In this document: in pieces, positions 37,993 to 48,690 of the stretch | Numbering within the stretch: the stretch's first letter is position 1 | Layout: every line of letters begins with the position of its first letter | Origin: Thermoplasmatales archaeon SG8-52-3 | Lineage (GTDB): Archaea; Thermoplasmatota; E2; DHVEG-1 | DNA: 64,000 bases | Reading direction: 5' to 3' | Assembly: GCA_001595915.1 (NCBI GenBank) | Contig: LSSG01000053.1 | Coordinates: 3,416 to 67,415 of the forward strand | Translations under genes and position numbers: made by a program | Notes under the pieces: model-generated | Seen by the model: the letters and a program-made list of their open reading frames with translations, nothing else | Database searches by the model: none | Told to the model about the DNA's origin: nothing

Positions 37993-38852
37993 TCCTCATA
38001 GTAATGTATAAAGATATCTTCTAAACTGAAATCACTGATTACTAAATCTTGAATTGTATATTTCGAAAATTTCTTTATCCAAGAATCAATATCATTTATT
38101 GCAATAAATTCTATCCAACCATCCTTTACTTTCATATCTTTAGGTCCTGCAAATGTTTCTGGTTTTTCCTTTATTTTTAATCTGATTTTCTTTCCTCTTT
38201 TGCTTTTTAGTGTCTCAACATCTTCAAGAGCAATTAAATTACCATCTCTTATTATTCCAACTCTATCACATACTCTATCAACTTCACCTAATATATGAGA
38301 TGATAGAAACATTGTTTTACCACGTTTTTTTTGTTTTATTAAAAAGTCATAAAATTTTTGTTGTAAAAGAGGATCTAAACCAGAAGTCGGTTCATCCATT
38401 ATCACCATTTCTGGATCATCCATAAATGCCTGAATAATTCCTATTTTTTGTTTCATCCCTTTTGAGTAACCCTTTAATTTTCTATCTAAAGGTACATCAA
38501 ATATTACCAATAATTCATTAAGTAATGTCATTTCTCTATTTCTTAAAGCAGCAAAATAATTCAAAAACTCTTTTCCAGTCATATGGCTATAAATATTCAA
38601 ATCTCCTGGAATATAAGCAACCTCTCTTTTAATTTCAACAATGTCATCTTCAATATTTCTACCAAAAATTGTTGCTGATCCTCTAGTAGGGGTTAAATAA
38701 CCTAAAAGTGTTCGAATCGTTGTTGTTTTACCAGCACCATTAGGACCTAAAAATCCAAATATTTCACCTTTTTTAACAGATAAAGTGAGGTCTTCAACAC
38801 CCTTAATTTTACCATAGTATTTTGTTAAGTTATTTGTTTCAATAACATTCAA
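37989..38852 (-). CDS. ABC transporter ATP-binding protein
   Basis: Walker A GPNGAGKTT, signature YSKGMKQK, Walker B MDEP. Confidence 0.85.
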   Translation of the reverse strand: MNVIETNNLTKYYGKIKGVEDLTLSVKKGEIFGFLGPNGAGKTTTIRTLLGYLTPTRGSATIFGRNIEDDIVEIKREVAYIPGDLNIYSHMTGKEFLNYFAALRNREMTLLNELLVIFDVPLDRKLKGYSKGMKQKIGIIQAFMDDPEMVIMDEPTSGLDPLLQQKFYDFLIKQKKRGKTMFLSSHILGEVDRVCDRVGIIRDGNLIALEDVETLKSKRGKKIRLKIKEKPETFAGPKDMKVKDGWIEFIAINDIDSWIKKFSKYTIQDLVISDFSLEDIFIHYYED

Positions 38853-38905
38853 AGTGCATCCACAAAATTTACAATATAATAACTATATATAAATATATTT
38901 AAAAA

Positions 38906-39277
38906 TCACATTGCAATCATATCTTTTACATTAGATATAAGTTGATCAATGTCAAAGGGTTTTATTATATAATCAAATATTAATGATTGAAGTCCCTTCA
39001 TTTTTTCATTATCTGGTGAACCATTTGCTGTTATTATAGATATAACTACATTCTTGTTTAAACCTCTTTTTAATATCTCTTCAATTGTATCCCAACCGTC
39101 CATAAATGGCATCATTATATCCATTAGAATAATTCCTTTAAAACCTCTTTCGAGTTCCTTAATACAGTCCATTCCACTATCAACAGTAAAAACCTCAAAA
39201 CCCTCTATTTCAAATATTTTTCTAATAGCAATTAGTATATCTGGGTCATCGTCTACTACCATTATCCTTTTATCCAT
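38906..39277 (-). CDS. Stand-alone response-regulator receiver (CheY-like)
   Basis: MVVDDDPD...ILMDIMMP with conserved Asp and Lys positions. 123 aa. Confidence 0.75.
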   Translation of the reverse strand: MDKRIMVVDDDPDILIAIRKIFEIEGFEVFTVDSGMDCIKELERGFKGIILMDIMMPFMDGWDTIEEILKRGLNKNVVISIITANGSPDNEKMKGLQSLIFDYIIKPFDIDQLISNVKDMIAM

Positions 39278-39381
39278 CTATTTATCACCCTATTAATTTT
39301 TTATTACTATCATGTTATACTTTTTTTAATCTATTATAAGAACTTATCGTGTTAAAATGTCAAAATGAAAATTGTTTGTAT

Positions 39382-40131
39382 CTAGAATAATATTTTATAA
39401 AGAATATTACAAAGATTACCTATTTGTTCTGGTGTTAAATCTTCAACTCTTTTATCCAAATAAGGTATATTATTTCTATTTAATTTATAAAGCTCTTTTA
39501 AAATATTTTTTATCTTTTTTCGTCTATGATTAAAAAGATTTTTTGTAATATGAAAAAAGAAATCTTCATTATACTGAATAAAAGGTGGAACTTTTCTTCT
39601 AATCATTTTTACAGTACATGAATCGACCTTTGGCTGTGGTTTAAAACAGGTTTTAGGAATTATTTCAAGAATCTCACATTTTGCTTTATAATATACATTT
39701 ACAGATAAACGAGAATATTCTTTTGTTCCATAATTTGCTACCATTCTATATGCAAATTCCTTTTGATAAATTAGAATTGCCAGATCAAAGTTATATTCAA
39801 GGAATTTAAAAGTAATAGGAGAAGATATTTGAAAAGGAAGGTTTGAAACAATTTTATTGAATTTAGGTAAAGTTTCAAAATCTAATTTTAAAACATCATT
39901 ATGAATTAATTTTACATTATCTGATAATTTACCAGTTAGGTTTCTTACAATTTTTTCATCAATTTCAATTGTAATTACTTCTTTTGCTTTATCAGCAAGA
40001 AGTTTTGTTAAAATACCTTTTCCAGGCCCAACTTCTAAAACGACATCATCTTTAGTAATATTTGCATAACCTACTTCTCTTTCCGCAACATTTCTATCAA
40101 TTAAAAAATTCTGACCTAGACTTTTTTTCAT
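39382..40131 (-). CDS. rsmA: 16S rRNA (adenine1518/1519-N6)-dimethyltransferase KsgA/Dim1
   Basis: GQNFLID and VLEVGPGKGILT motifs. Confidence 0.9.
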   Translation of the reverse strand: MKKSLGQNFLIDRNVAEREVGYANITKDDVVLEVGPGKGILTKLLADKAKEVITIEIDEKIVRNLTGKLSDNVKLIHNDVLKLDFETLPKFNKIVSNLPFQISSPITFKFLEYNFDLAILIYQKEFAYRMVANYGTKEYSRLSVNVYYKAKCEILEIIPKTCFKPQPKVDSCTVKMIRRKVPPFIQYNEDFFFHITKNLFNHRRKKIKNILKELYKLNRNNIPYLDKRVEDLTPEQIGNLCNILYKILF

Positions 40132-40138
40132 ATTTTAA

Positions 40139-40708
40139 TCAATGAAAACCATGAGTAATTGGCGGACGTGTAAATAATCTGTATTTTTGATTTGGGTCAG
40201 TTAATTCAAGTTCAATTCTTTTTGCTATAAGCTTATCAGGTGCTCTTAAAAAATCAATTCGCTCACACATTTCTTCAAAGCTTGTAAAAGGTTTTTTCTT
40301 TCTTTCATCAAGAATATCATGCATCATTTTTTTACCAAGACCCGGTAAAAGCTCAAGGACATGAAATCTTGTTGATATTGCTGGGGATTCATTAAAAAAC
40401 TTAAGGAAACGCTCTTTTTGATTATGGACTATGTCAATAATAATGTAAGGCATTTCTCCATGAGCCGTAGATGTCATATCCTCATAATTTACTCTACCTT
40501 TAATCTTAGTAATCTTTTTTCTACTTTCAGGATTTTTACCAACATATATTCTTTCACCAATAGTAAATGATGCATCTTTCTTTGGGACTAACTCAAGTAA
40601 TGTAAACTGATTTTCACCAATACCATAAACCAGAGGTTGTCTTTTATGTGGGGGTAAGTCACCTCTACCTTTTGGCAGGTAATCAAGTATATATACATAA
40701 TCTTCCAA
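40139..40708 (-). CDS. DUF655 archaeal conserved protein
   Basis: YVYILDYLPKGR start and HhH-like C-terminus. In the canonical position between rpoF and ksgA. Confidence 0.7.
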   Translation of the reverse strand: MEDYVYILDYLPKGRGDLPPHKRQPLVYGIGENQFTLLELVPKKDASFTIGERIYVGKNPESRKKITKIKGRVNYEDMTSTAHGEMPYIIIDIVHNQKERFLKFFNESPAISTRFHVLELLPGLGKKMMHDILDERKKKPFTSFEEMCERIDFLRAPDKLIAKRIELELTDPNQKYRLFTRPPITHGFH

Positions 40709-40725
40709 GAATCCTACCCCCTATA

Positions 40726-41067
40726 TCACTCGGTATAATATTTTTTAACAAGTTCAAGTATCTTTTTAATCTCACCCTCACCGAATGTGATTCTCTCTTT
40801 TGCAAAAATCGTTTTTAAATCTTCTTCAGTTTGTGGAAGCAAATCAGCTAATTTATAAACATGTATTTCTTCTAAAAATTCAAATTTTGATAATTCTTTT
40901 ATTAAATCCTCAATTTTTTTTATAGGCAATTTGGCAAATTTTTGAGCATGTTCGAGTGCTATTTTTTGTTCATATAACAATTCATCTCTTTCTTTCTCAA
41001 TCTTCTTTAAAATACTTTTAACCTCAGAAATTGATACGGGCTTAACTACACTATCATCAGGTGTCAT
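40726..41067 (-). CDS. rpoF: DNA-directed RNA polymerase subunit F (Rpo4)
   Basis: 113-aa acidic/helical protein in the conserved L21e-RpoF-DUF655-KsgA synteny. Confidence 0.5.
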   Translation of the reverse strand: MTPDDSVVKPVSISEVKSILKKIEKERDELLYEQKIALEHAQKFAKLPIKKIEDLIKELSKFEFLEEIHVYKLADLLPQTEEDLKTIFAKERITFGEGEIKKILELVKKYYTE

Positions 41068-41360
41068 TATTGCACTCTCCTAAGATGTTCCGATCTAATT
41101 ATTAACACCTTATGTTTTTTACCATCATTAATTCCAACCAAATATGAATCTCCTTGCTTACCCTCTATTTTTCCTGTATACCCCTGAAAACGAATATGAG
41201 GCATTCCTTTATGAATGGATGAATCAATTACTATGTTTACTGCTTCTCCTTCTTCAAAGTGTTGTAAAGCTCTTGTAATAGAGTGTATTCCTCTTTCTCT
41301 TGGTTTTTTTCTTAGTATTTTTCTACTTTTACTTCTTATTCCCTTTGAACGTTTTACCAA
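41067..41360 (-). CDS. rpl21e: 50S ribosomal protein L21e
   Basis: 97 aa with MVKRSKGIRSKSRKILRKK start typical of L21e. Confidence 0.85.
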   Translation of the reverse strand: MVKRSKGIRSKSRKILRKKPRERGIHSITRALQHFEEGEAVNIVIDSSIHKGMPHIRFQGYTGKIEGKQGDSYLVGINDGKKHKVLIIRSEHLRRVQ

Positions 41361-41363
41361 TTC

Positions 41364-42593
41364 TTATTCCCCCTTAATACTAATTACGTCGAGCTCAATT
41401 ACTTGACAGGGAATGCCAATTATATCACTGAGATTAGGCTGAGTTTTACCTTCATCACCTGATATAAGCTCCTTTATATAGGTTCCTGATTCTGCTTCTA
41501 TTATTAATGTTGCTATATCACCATCTATCGATTCAATTTTACAATCATATATATGCTTCTCTCTAACCATTTTAGCTCGTCTGTGAGCAACTCTAGATGG
41601 CGTAAATTGGCCTATCTTTTTACCACATAATGATAAAGCTGCCTTTTTAAGTTTTTCGTTATTTAAAATTTTTGAACTTTTTAAGACAACACGATAGATT
41701 TTTCTAAAATTAGACTGTTTTAATCTATTTATCTCATCCTTATTTGAGTATCGAAGATTACTGATTTCAACAATATCTTTATTTTTTTTATTGATTTCTT
41801 TTTCTAGTTGTTTTAAATCAAAAGTTCTTTTTTTCGGATTTTTAATTTCCAAGACAAAGGGTCGACCTGTTCCAAGCATCCTAGCGTCAACATCTTCTCT
41901 TCCACATCCATGTAGAGCTTCATCTTCACCATCTGTAACATCTAATAATTTCTTAGCAATTAATTCCTCAACACTTGTTTTGTACAATTTTCCAGAGTAA
42001 TTACATTTTTTACAACCCTTTCCTAAGCATATTTTACAGAACCATCTTGTTTGAGGGATATTACGTCTAAATTTTTTATATTTACCATAAAGATATAAAG
42101 AACTAATCTGTAAATAGATTATATCAAAGGAAGTATCTAAAATTATCATCAAATTGGGTTTTTCAAAATTTACCTCTTTATTTAATTTTATTTCTAAAAT
42201 TTTTCCAATTTCTCTATTTAATTCATTCTTAATAGATTCTGAAAATTCTGAACCTGAATAATCAATTATTTCCTGTTCTTTATCTAATATCTCTTCATCA
42301 ACTTTTGATCCTACTAAAAAAGTTTCAAATTCAAAAATTATTAACGAGTCATAAATTAATTTTGAAAAATGATTTACTTCATCTATTAAACCATCACATA
42401 ACCAACAATTTTTAGATTTAATTTTTGTTTTAATTTTCAGATTTTCCCTTAATATTTTTCCTCTTTTATTATTGGTTAAACCATGATTAATTTTAGCAAA
42501 AAATCTACCAAAACAATTATCACATAAACAATAATTTGAAACAATTTTATCAGCAATTTTAAGGATTTCTTTATCTTTTAAATTATAATTCAT
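41364..42593 (-). CDS. pus10: tRNA pseudouridine synthase Pus10
   Basis: N-terminal Zn-ribbon/THUMP-like region (CDNCFGR, CKICLGKGCKKC). Catalytic GREDVDARMLGTGRPF. Confidence 0.8.
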   Translation of the reverse strand: MNYNLKDKEILKIADKIVSNYCLCDNCFGRFFAKINHGLTNNKRGKILRENLKIKTKIKSKNCWLCDGLIDEVNHFSKLIYDSLIIFEFETFLVGSKVDEEILDKEQEIIDYSGSEFSESIKNELNREIGKILEIKLNKEVNFEKPNLMIILDTSFDIIYLQISSLYLYGKYKKFRRNIPQTRWFCKICLGKGCKKCNYSGKLYKTSVEELIAKKLLDVTDGEDEALHGCGREDVDARMLGTGRPFVLEIKNPKKRTFDLKQLEKEINKKNKDIVEISNLRYSNKDEINRLKQSNFRKIYRVVLKSSKILNNEKLKKAALSLCGKKIGQFTPSRVAHRRAKMVREKHIYDCKIESIDGDIATLIIEAESGTYIKELISGDEGKTQPNLSDIIGIPCQVIELDVISIKGE

Positions 42594-42906
42594 TCTCTAT
42601 CTTATAAAAAATGGTATTTTAAATATTTTTATCTAAAAAAATACTTATTTTTCTATCCATAGTTTGTAAGTAAAATAAATCATTACTATAAAAATAATTA
42701 AAGAAACATACCAAATTGATCGATCAACAGCAGTAACGTAAGCTAAAGATAAAATAAATATCACTACTAAAAAAATTGTTATAAGATCTCTATATTTCAT
42801 TTTTAAACCTACATATTGTATTTTGCTCGGAAATATAAAATATTTGATTTTGATAATGTTTTTAATAAACTATTATATTCAGTTTAAAACTTAAGGAGGC
42901 AAAAAG

Positions 42907-44202
42907 ATGGTGAAAGTAATTCCATTTAAAGGTGTAACATACAATTATGAAACAATAAAGAATCTAGATAATTTAATGTCTCCACCTTATGACATTATAT
43001 CAGAAAAAATGCAAACAGAATTATACAATAAACATCCCAAAAATTTTGTAAGACTTATTCTAGGAAAGCAAAATTCTGATGACAACGAAGAAAATAATAG
43101 ATATACAAGAGCAAAAGAATTACTGAATCAATGGTTTAAAGAATCAATATTAATTGAATCAAATAAACCATCAATATTCCCTTATAAAATTGAATATAAT
43201 ATTGATTCTAAGAAAAAAATAATGAATGGTTTTTTCATTCTTTTGAAACTAGACCCTGAATATAAAGAAGTAAGAGCGCATGAAAAAACTTTATCAAAAC
43301 CAAAAGAAGATAGACTGAATCTTATGAGGGCCTGTCATTCTAATCTAGAACCTATTCAATTATTATACATAGATGATGAAGATAAAATTAGAAAGTTAAT
43401 TGATGAATCATTATATGAACCTTTTATTAATGTTAAAGGTTATGATAATTTTAATCACAAACTCTGGAAGATAGATAATATTGAATTAATATCAAAAATT
43501 CAAAATGAACTAAAAGACAAAATATTGTTTATTGCTGATGGTCATCACAGATATCAAACAGCTATTAATTATTCAAATGAATTAAAGGATAAAAATAATG
43601 AAAATGCACCTTATAATTATCGCATGGTAATACTAGCAAATATGTTTGATTATGGTTTATCAATTCTTCCAACACATAGACTGATTAAAAAATCTGACAT
43701 TGATATTAAACTATTTTTAAATAATATAAAAGAATATTTTATCATAGAAGAAAAAAAAGTAAAAATTTTTGGTAATAATTTTAAAAAGATTAGTGAAAAA
43801 ATTATAAAAGATTTACAAACAAAAAAAGATCACAAATTTGCATTATACATAAAAGGCAGTTATTATATTTTAACATTAAAAGATGAAAGCTTTATGGATG
43901 ATTTTGCAAAAGATAAATCTAAAGTCTGGAGAACTCTTGATGTTTCAATATTACATAAAATAATTCTTGAACACTTTATGAATATAAATCAAAATAATAT
44001 TGAGGATTATATAAAATATACACGAATAGATGAAGAAGCGGTCAGATTTGTTGAGGAAGGATTATATGATTTTTCATTTTTAATGAACGCAACAAAAATT
44101 AATGAATTAAAAGCTGTTGCTGAAGCAGGTGAGCATATGCCTCAGAAGTCTACTTATTTTTTACCAAAGATGCTTTCAGGTCTGGTTTTTTACAAAATGT
44201 AA
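42907..44202 (+). CDS. DUF1015-family protein
   Basis: N-terminal SPPYDII and IADGHHRYQTA motifs. Confidence 0.7.
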   Translation: MVKVIPFKGVTYNYETIKNLDNLMSPPYDIISEKMQTELYNKHPKNFVRLILGKQNSDDNEENNRYTRAKELLNQWFKESILIESNKPSIFPYKIEYNIDSKKKIMNGFFILLKLDPEYKEVRAHEKTLSKPKEDRLNLMRACHSNLEPIQLLYIDDEDKIRKLIDESLYEPFINVKGYDNFNHKLWKIDNIELISKIQNELKDKILFIADGHHRYQTAINYSNELKDKNNENAPYNYRMVILANMFDYGLSILPTHRLIKKSDIDIKLFLNNIKEYFIIEEKKVKIFGNNFKKISEKIIKDLQTKKDHKFALYIKGSYYILTLKDESFMDDFAKDKSKVWRTLDVSILHKIILEHFMNINQNNIEDYIKYTRIDEEAVRFVEEGLYDFSFLMNATKINELKAVAEAGEHMPQKSTYFLPKMLSGLVFYKM

Positions 44203-44565
44203 TTTTTCATTTTGACATTATTATTCGAAAGTTATATAAACTATAAAATACAAATATTATCATGATGTAGTTTATCTATATCTTGTTATGATTTATTATT
44301 ATAGAAAAGGGGAGATATAATGTCAAAATATAAAAAATCAGAATTAATTTTTAAAAATAATAAGGTGGTGAATAAGTAAATGTCTTCATTAGTCGTGGTA
44401 TTAATTGGCTTTGTAGCTGGATTATTAACCATGACTGTTGTAAGCTTATATAAATGGGTTTTAAATATTTGGAATAATGGTTTATAAAAGGTAAATTTAA
44501 TTTTTCATTAAAATAAAAAAATTAAAAAAAATAAAAGAGAGAAGAGAGATTTTTATCTCATTTAT

Positions 44566-44991
44566 TTATTTTGGCATTTTTGGGACATATTTTTCAATTT
44601 CTTCAGTTTTTCCTGCGTCCCAAATTGCTCTAATTGCTAATAGGGCTGCTGCTGGTGCTGCAAAGATTGCTATATAGCCTGTTAGGCTCTGGAAGAAATA
44701 AGCAAAATCTTGGTTTTGCACAAATCCCCAGGTTTCCCAATAGTTAGATGTTGCACCAATAACAACTAGTATCAATGCTCCTATCAAGAAAGTCGGTATT
44801 CTTTCATGGGTGATCTGTCCAACTGCAAAGAATGATAATACACCGACAATAAATCCAAGTACTCCTAGTATCATTGCAATATAGGCTTCAGTATCAGTAT
44901 ACCATCTTGCTCCAACGATAATTCCGGCTATTAAAGCGATAAGAACACCAAATAGAAACAACCAGCTACCTATTTTTCTGAATATTTCCAT
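44566..44991 (-). CDS. 141-aa integral membrane protein (paralog of 58393..58818)
   Basis: Start set at MEIFRKIGSW. Four TM helices. Shares KIGSW-FL-GVLIA, PTFL and AIW with the second copy. Confidence 0.5.
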   Translation of the reverse strand: MEIFRKIGSWLFLFGVLIALIAGIIVGARWYTDTEAYIAMILGVLGFIVGVLSFFAVGQITHERIPTFLIGALILVVIGATSNYWETWGFVQNQDFAYFFQSLTGYIAIFAAPAAALLAIRAIWDAGKTEEIEKYVPKMPK

Positions 44992-45304
44992 TTTTCCATC
45001 CCTTCTCCTATATTTTGTAATACTGCTAAGATATTGATTCATATATAAGATTTTAGTGTAAATGAATATGTACATAGATATGCAAGTGTATAGTGGAACT
45101 ATATATAGTCTGATATATCTAAAAAATGCTATTTTATCAAAATGGATTCTTTACATATTGATAAAATTATATGATATTTTTAAATAGTACTATTGACAAA
45201 TATTAACACGATTAAATGCTACGCAAAGATGAGGAAATGTAGATGGATATGATAAAAAATTTTAATCATAAAATTCTCATAAATTAGATTGAAGTAACTA
45301 CCTT

Positions 45305-45359
45305 AGAGGGGGCTATGATTACTTTTTGATTCACCTCTTCTTGTATATCAGCCCCCTCT
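45305..45359. repeat. GC-rich perfect inverted repeat AGAGGGGGCT-N35-AGCCCCCTCT followed by TTTT
   Basis: Seen directly, in the 5' region of the receiver gene and the divergent intergenic space. Confidence 0.6.
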
Positions 45360-45424
45360 TTTACCCCCTTAAAACTTTTAGGAAAGATTTAAGTCTAAAT
45401 CATCTATATAATCTGGGGTGTAAT

Positions 45425-45739
45425 ATGAAAACTATTATGGTTGTTGATGATGAAACAAGTGTTCTTGATGAAGTAAAATCTTGTTTAGAAAAGGAAGATT
45501 ATAAAGTTGTTGCTGTAGACAACAACCGAAAAGCATTTGAACTAATTGAGAAAGACAATGAAGATTATTATAGTCTAATATTAATTGATACCTCCCTTCC
45601 AGAAAGTAAGGTCCCTGCTTTTTTCTCAATGAAACCAAGTATTAAAAAAAATATTGATACTAGTAATCAAGAAAACTTTTTACAAAAACCTTTTACAAAA
45701 CAACAACTTATTGATTTTATCAAAAAAAAGATTGAATAA
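45425..45739 (+). CDS. Stand-alone response-regulator receiver domain
   Basis: MKTIMVVDDETS...LILID...QKPF. Start at ATG 45425, not the upstream extension in the track. Confidence 0.65.
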   Translation: MKTIMVVDDETSVLDEVKSCLEKEDYKVVAVDNNRKAFELIEKDNEDYYSLILIDTSLPESKVPAFFSMKPSIKKNIDTSNQENFLQKPFTKQQLIDFIKKKIE

Positions 45740-45743
45740 TAAC

Positions 45744-46307
45744 TCAAATAAATTTTTCAATAATTTTAAAATCTTCAAATAAAATTTCTTTTAATTTATT
45801 ATTATAAATTACTGCTGCAGGATGATAAATTGGAATAATTTTTAAATTGTTTTTTGAATAAATCTTCCCATGAATTCTATTGATTTTTTGAAATGGAAAT
45901 TTGAATTTATTAAAAATATATGAAATTGAAATTCTACCTAAGGGAATTATAAGATTTGGTTTGATTATATCTATTTGTTTATCTATATATTCACTACAGC
46001 TTTTAATCTCCTTTTTTAAAGGATTTCTATTTTTTGGAGGTCTACATTTTAGAATATTAGAAATGTAAATATCATTTCTATCTAGACCAATAGATACTAA
46101 ACAGTCATCAAATATTTTACCAGCTCTACCAACGAAAGGTTTGCCATAGATATCTTCATTTTTTCCTGGTGCTTCACCAATAAACATAATTTTTGAATTT
46201 AAGGATCCTTCTCCAAAAACATAATTATTTTTTGTTTTATGTAAACTACATCTATCACATTTTAAAACAAAATATTTTAAATTATCCAAGTATTCAATTT
46301 TTGACAT
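45744..46307 (-). CDS. udg: Uracil-DNA glycosylase, family 4
   Basis: Cys-rich N-terminus (CDRCSLH) and GEAPGKNEDIYGKPFVGRAGK motif. Confidence 0.8.
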   Translation of the reverse strand: MSKIEYLDNLKYFVLKCDRCSLHKTKNNYVFGEGSLNSKIMFIGEAPGKNEDIYGKPFVGRAGKIFDDCLVSIGLDRNDIYISNILKCRPPKNRNPLKKEIKSCSEYIDKQIDIIKPNLIIPLGRISISYIFNKFKFPFQKINRIHGKIYSKNNLKIIPIYHPAAVIYNNKLKEILFEDFKIIEKFI

Positions 46308-46351
46308 TTAACTTTTGAAATTATGTTCATGTTTATATGGATTAAGATTAT

Positions 46352-46804
46352 TTGCAAATAAAAATTAAAGAGAAGAGTAATATGCAAAGTAAAGAGGAAA
46401 ATGATTTTATTTTTATTAGACTTTTTGAAGATGAAGAAATTTTAGAAAAGATAAAAAGTGCATGCAAAAATCATAATGTAAGAACAGCTATTGTACTATC
46501 TGGAATAGGACAACTAAAACAAACTAAACTTGGTTATTTTATAAAAAAGGAAAATTATAGTCCAGAATCTTTTGATAAACCACTTGAACTATTATCATTA
46601 TCAGGAAATATTAGCAAACAAAAAAATGATTATTTTTTACATATCCATACAGTTTTAGGTGATGAAAAAAAGAAAGCATTTGGAGGTCATTTAATAGAAG
46701 GGAAAATCAGTATAACTGCTGAAATTGTTTTATTGAAAATACCGATAAATTTAAAAAGAAGGCTTGATGAAAAAACAGGTTTAAGAGCGTTATATTTAGA
46801 GTAA
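46352..46804 (+). CDS. PPC/DUF296-domain protein
   Basis: LSGIGQL...HIHTVLGD...FGGHLIEGKISITAEIVL pattern of the PCC domain. Confidence 0.5.
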   Translation: MQIKIKEKSNMQSKEENDFIFIRLFEDEEILEKIKSACKNHNVRTAIVLSGIGQLKQTKLGYFIKKENYSPESFDKPLELLSLSGNISKQKNDYFLHIHTVLGDEKKKAFGGHLIEGKISITAEIVLLKIPINLKRRLDEKTGLRALYLE

Positions 46805-46844
46805 AACTATTTTAAGAAATAATTTATTACCAAGTTTAGAACAG

Positions 46845-47105
46845 GTGGGAATGGATATGGAAAAATTAACAAAAATCAGTGAGAAAATTAAAATCCTAAA
46901 AGATGCACGAAACATATTACATGAAGAATATTCTAAAACTGAATTTCATAAAAAAAAGGAAGCACATCCGCATGAAACAATACCACCAGCTCCAGAAGAT
47001 GAAGGAATCTACAAACTATTGACAGCAATTCAACAACTTGATGTTCATATAAAAAAACTCCAGGATATTCAATTTAAAATATTAAAAGAAAAAGAAAACG
47101 AATAA
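46845..47105 (+). CDS. Hypothetical 86-aa protein
   Basis: ORF only. Confidence 0.3.
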   Translation: MGMDMEKLTKISEKIKILKDARNILHEEYSKTEFHKKKEAHPHETIPPAPEDEGIYKLLTAIQQLDVHIKKLQDIQFKILKEKENE

Positions 47106-47110
47106 CCATT

Positions 47111-48622
47111 CTATAAAATATTTCTTCTTATTCCAAATAATGATTTTATAAGAACAATTATCGGTATTATCTCAAGCCTTCCTATCCACATATTAAAAAT
47201 AAGCATTGTTTTTCCAATAGGTGACATATTGATATCAGTAATTCCTGCTGTTAAACCAACGTTACCTTGAGCTGAACATACTTCAAAAATTGAATTACTC
47301 AGAGAAATATTTTCTCCGGTTTGAATTATAACGATTACACCAGCAAAAAGTAATATAACCCACATAAATGAAATGATTGCTGCTTCATTTATCAAATCCA
47401 TTGCATCATCCTTTGATAAAGATTTTTGACCAAATTTATGAACAAAAACTCTTCTTGGAGTTGATATTGCTCTTTTAATTCTCCAACCAACTCCATTATA
47501 AAGTAAAATTGCTCGGAAAAGTTTAATTCCACCAGCAGTTGATCCAGCAGCTCCTCCAATAATCATTGCAACCGCAAGAATTAGTTTTCCTGATTCACTC
47601 CAATTTGTAAGGCTTTCAACTGAAGCAAAGCCTGTACAGGTTATTGCTGAAGTAAATTGAAATCCAGAATATTTCAAAGATAGTAAAATATCATCTCCAT
47701 AAAGATGTAAATTTACAAATGTTAAACCTATCACACCTAAAATTATTAATATAAATAGTGCTCTAAATTGAATATCTGAAAAAAACTTTTTTATTCTACC
47801 CTTTAATAAATCATAATGAGCAGCAAATGCAATTGCACCAAATATCATAAGAACTACTATGGCAATTTGACTTATTGTTCCAAAACTTGAGATACTATCA
47901 TCAGTTACTGAAAATCCACCAGTTGCAATCGCTGTCATTGCATGGTTTAGAGATTGCCAGGGATCCATTCCATCAGATAGAATAAAACCAATAACAGTCA
48001 ATACAATTATACCAATTATTGTAAAAAGCAGAAATATCCACCATATTGTTCTAACTGTAGAAATAATTGAAGGATGCATTTTTTGGTCGCGAGCTTCCCC
48101 TCTATATAAAACAAATGAACCAGTCCCAGGCCTAGCAAGAATCGATAAAGTAAGTACTATTACTCCAACGCCACCAACCCATTGAATCAGAGAACGCCAA
48201 AATTGTAGTGTAGCAGGAAGAAGATTTTCTTGAGCAACCATTGTAAGACCCGTTCCAGTCCAACCAGACATTGACTCAAAAAATGCTGATAAAGGTGCCA
48301 TAGTTGCTAGTGTAGCTTTATTATATGGTATTAACCAAAAGGGAATACTTCCAACAGCGGAAATAAAAATCCATCCTAGAGCAGCAGTGACCATTGCACT
48401 TTTAAAATTTGGAGGATCAGCATTTCTAAATATGTAAAACAGAGGTAATCCGATTCCAAAATATATTCCGCATGTAAGAAGAATAGGTCCTATTGCATCA
48501 AATGAACTATTAGAACCAAATTCACCAAAATAAATTGGAACAATCAAACAAAAGAGAGAAACAAATCCTACTATTATGAATATGCCTCCAAGTGATCTCA
48601 GGATACTTTTAATATCACTCAT
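47111..48622 (-). CDS. trkH: TrkH/KtrB-family K+ transporter
   Basis: Four M1-P-M2 repeats with Gly filter motifs (SGWTGTGLT, TGGFSVTD, CTGFASVE, GNVGLTAG). Confidence 0.65.
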   Translation of the reverse strand: MSDIKSILRSLGGIFIIVGFVSLFCLIVPIYFGEFGSNSSFDAIGPILLTCGIYFGIGLPLFYIFRNADPPNFKSAMVTAALGWIFISAVGSIPFWLIPYNKATLATMAPLSAFFESMSGWTGTGLTMVAQENLLPATLQFWRSLIQWVGGVGVIVLTLSILARPGTGSFVLYRGEARDQKMHPSIISTVRTIWWIFLLFTIIGIIVLTVIGFILSDGMDPWQSLNHAMTAIATGGFSVTDDSISSFGTISQIAIVVLMIFGAIAFAAHYDLLKGRIKKFFSDIQFRALFILIILGVIGLTFVNLHLYGDDILLSLKYSGFQFTSAITCTGFASVESLTNWSESGKLILAVAMIIGGAAGSTAGGIKLFRAILLYNGVGWRIKRAISTPRRVFVHKFGQKSLSKDDAMDLINEAAIISFMWVILLFAGVIVIIQTGENISLSNSIFEVCSAQGNVGLTAGITDINMSPIGKTMLIFNMWIGRLEIIPIIVLIKSLFGIRRNIL

Positions 48623-48690
48623 TCTAAATGTCTCTCCTTACCATAATCTTTTGAATTTTTACAAACATTAAATATCAACTACTTATATTT

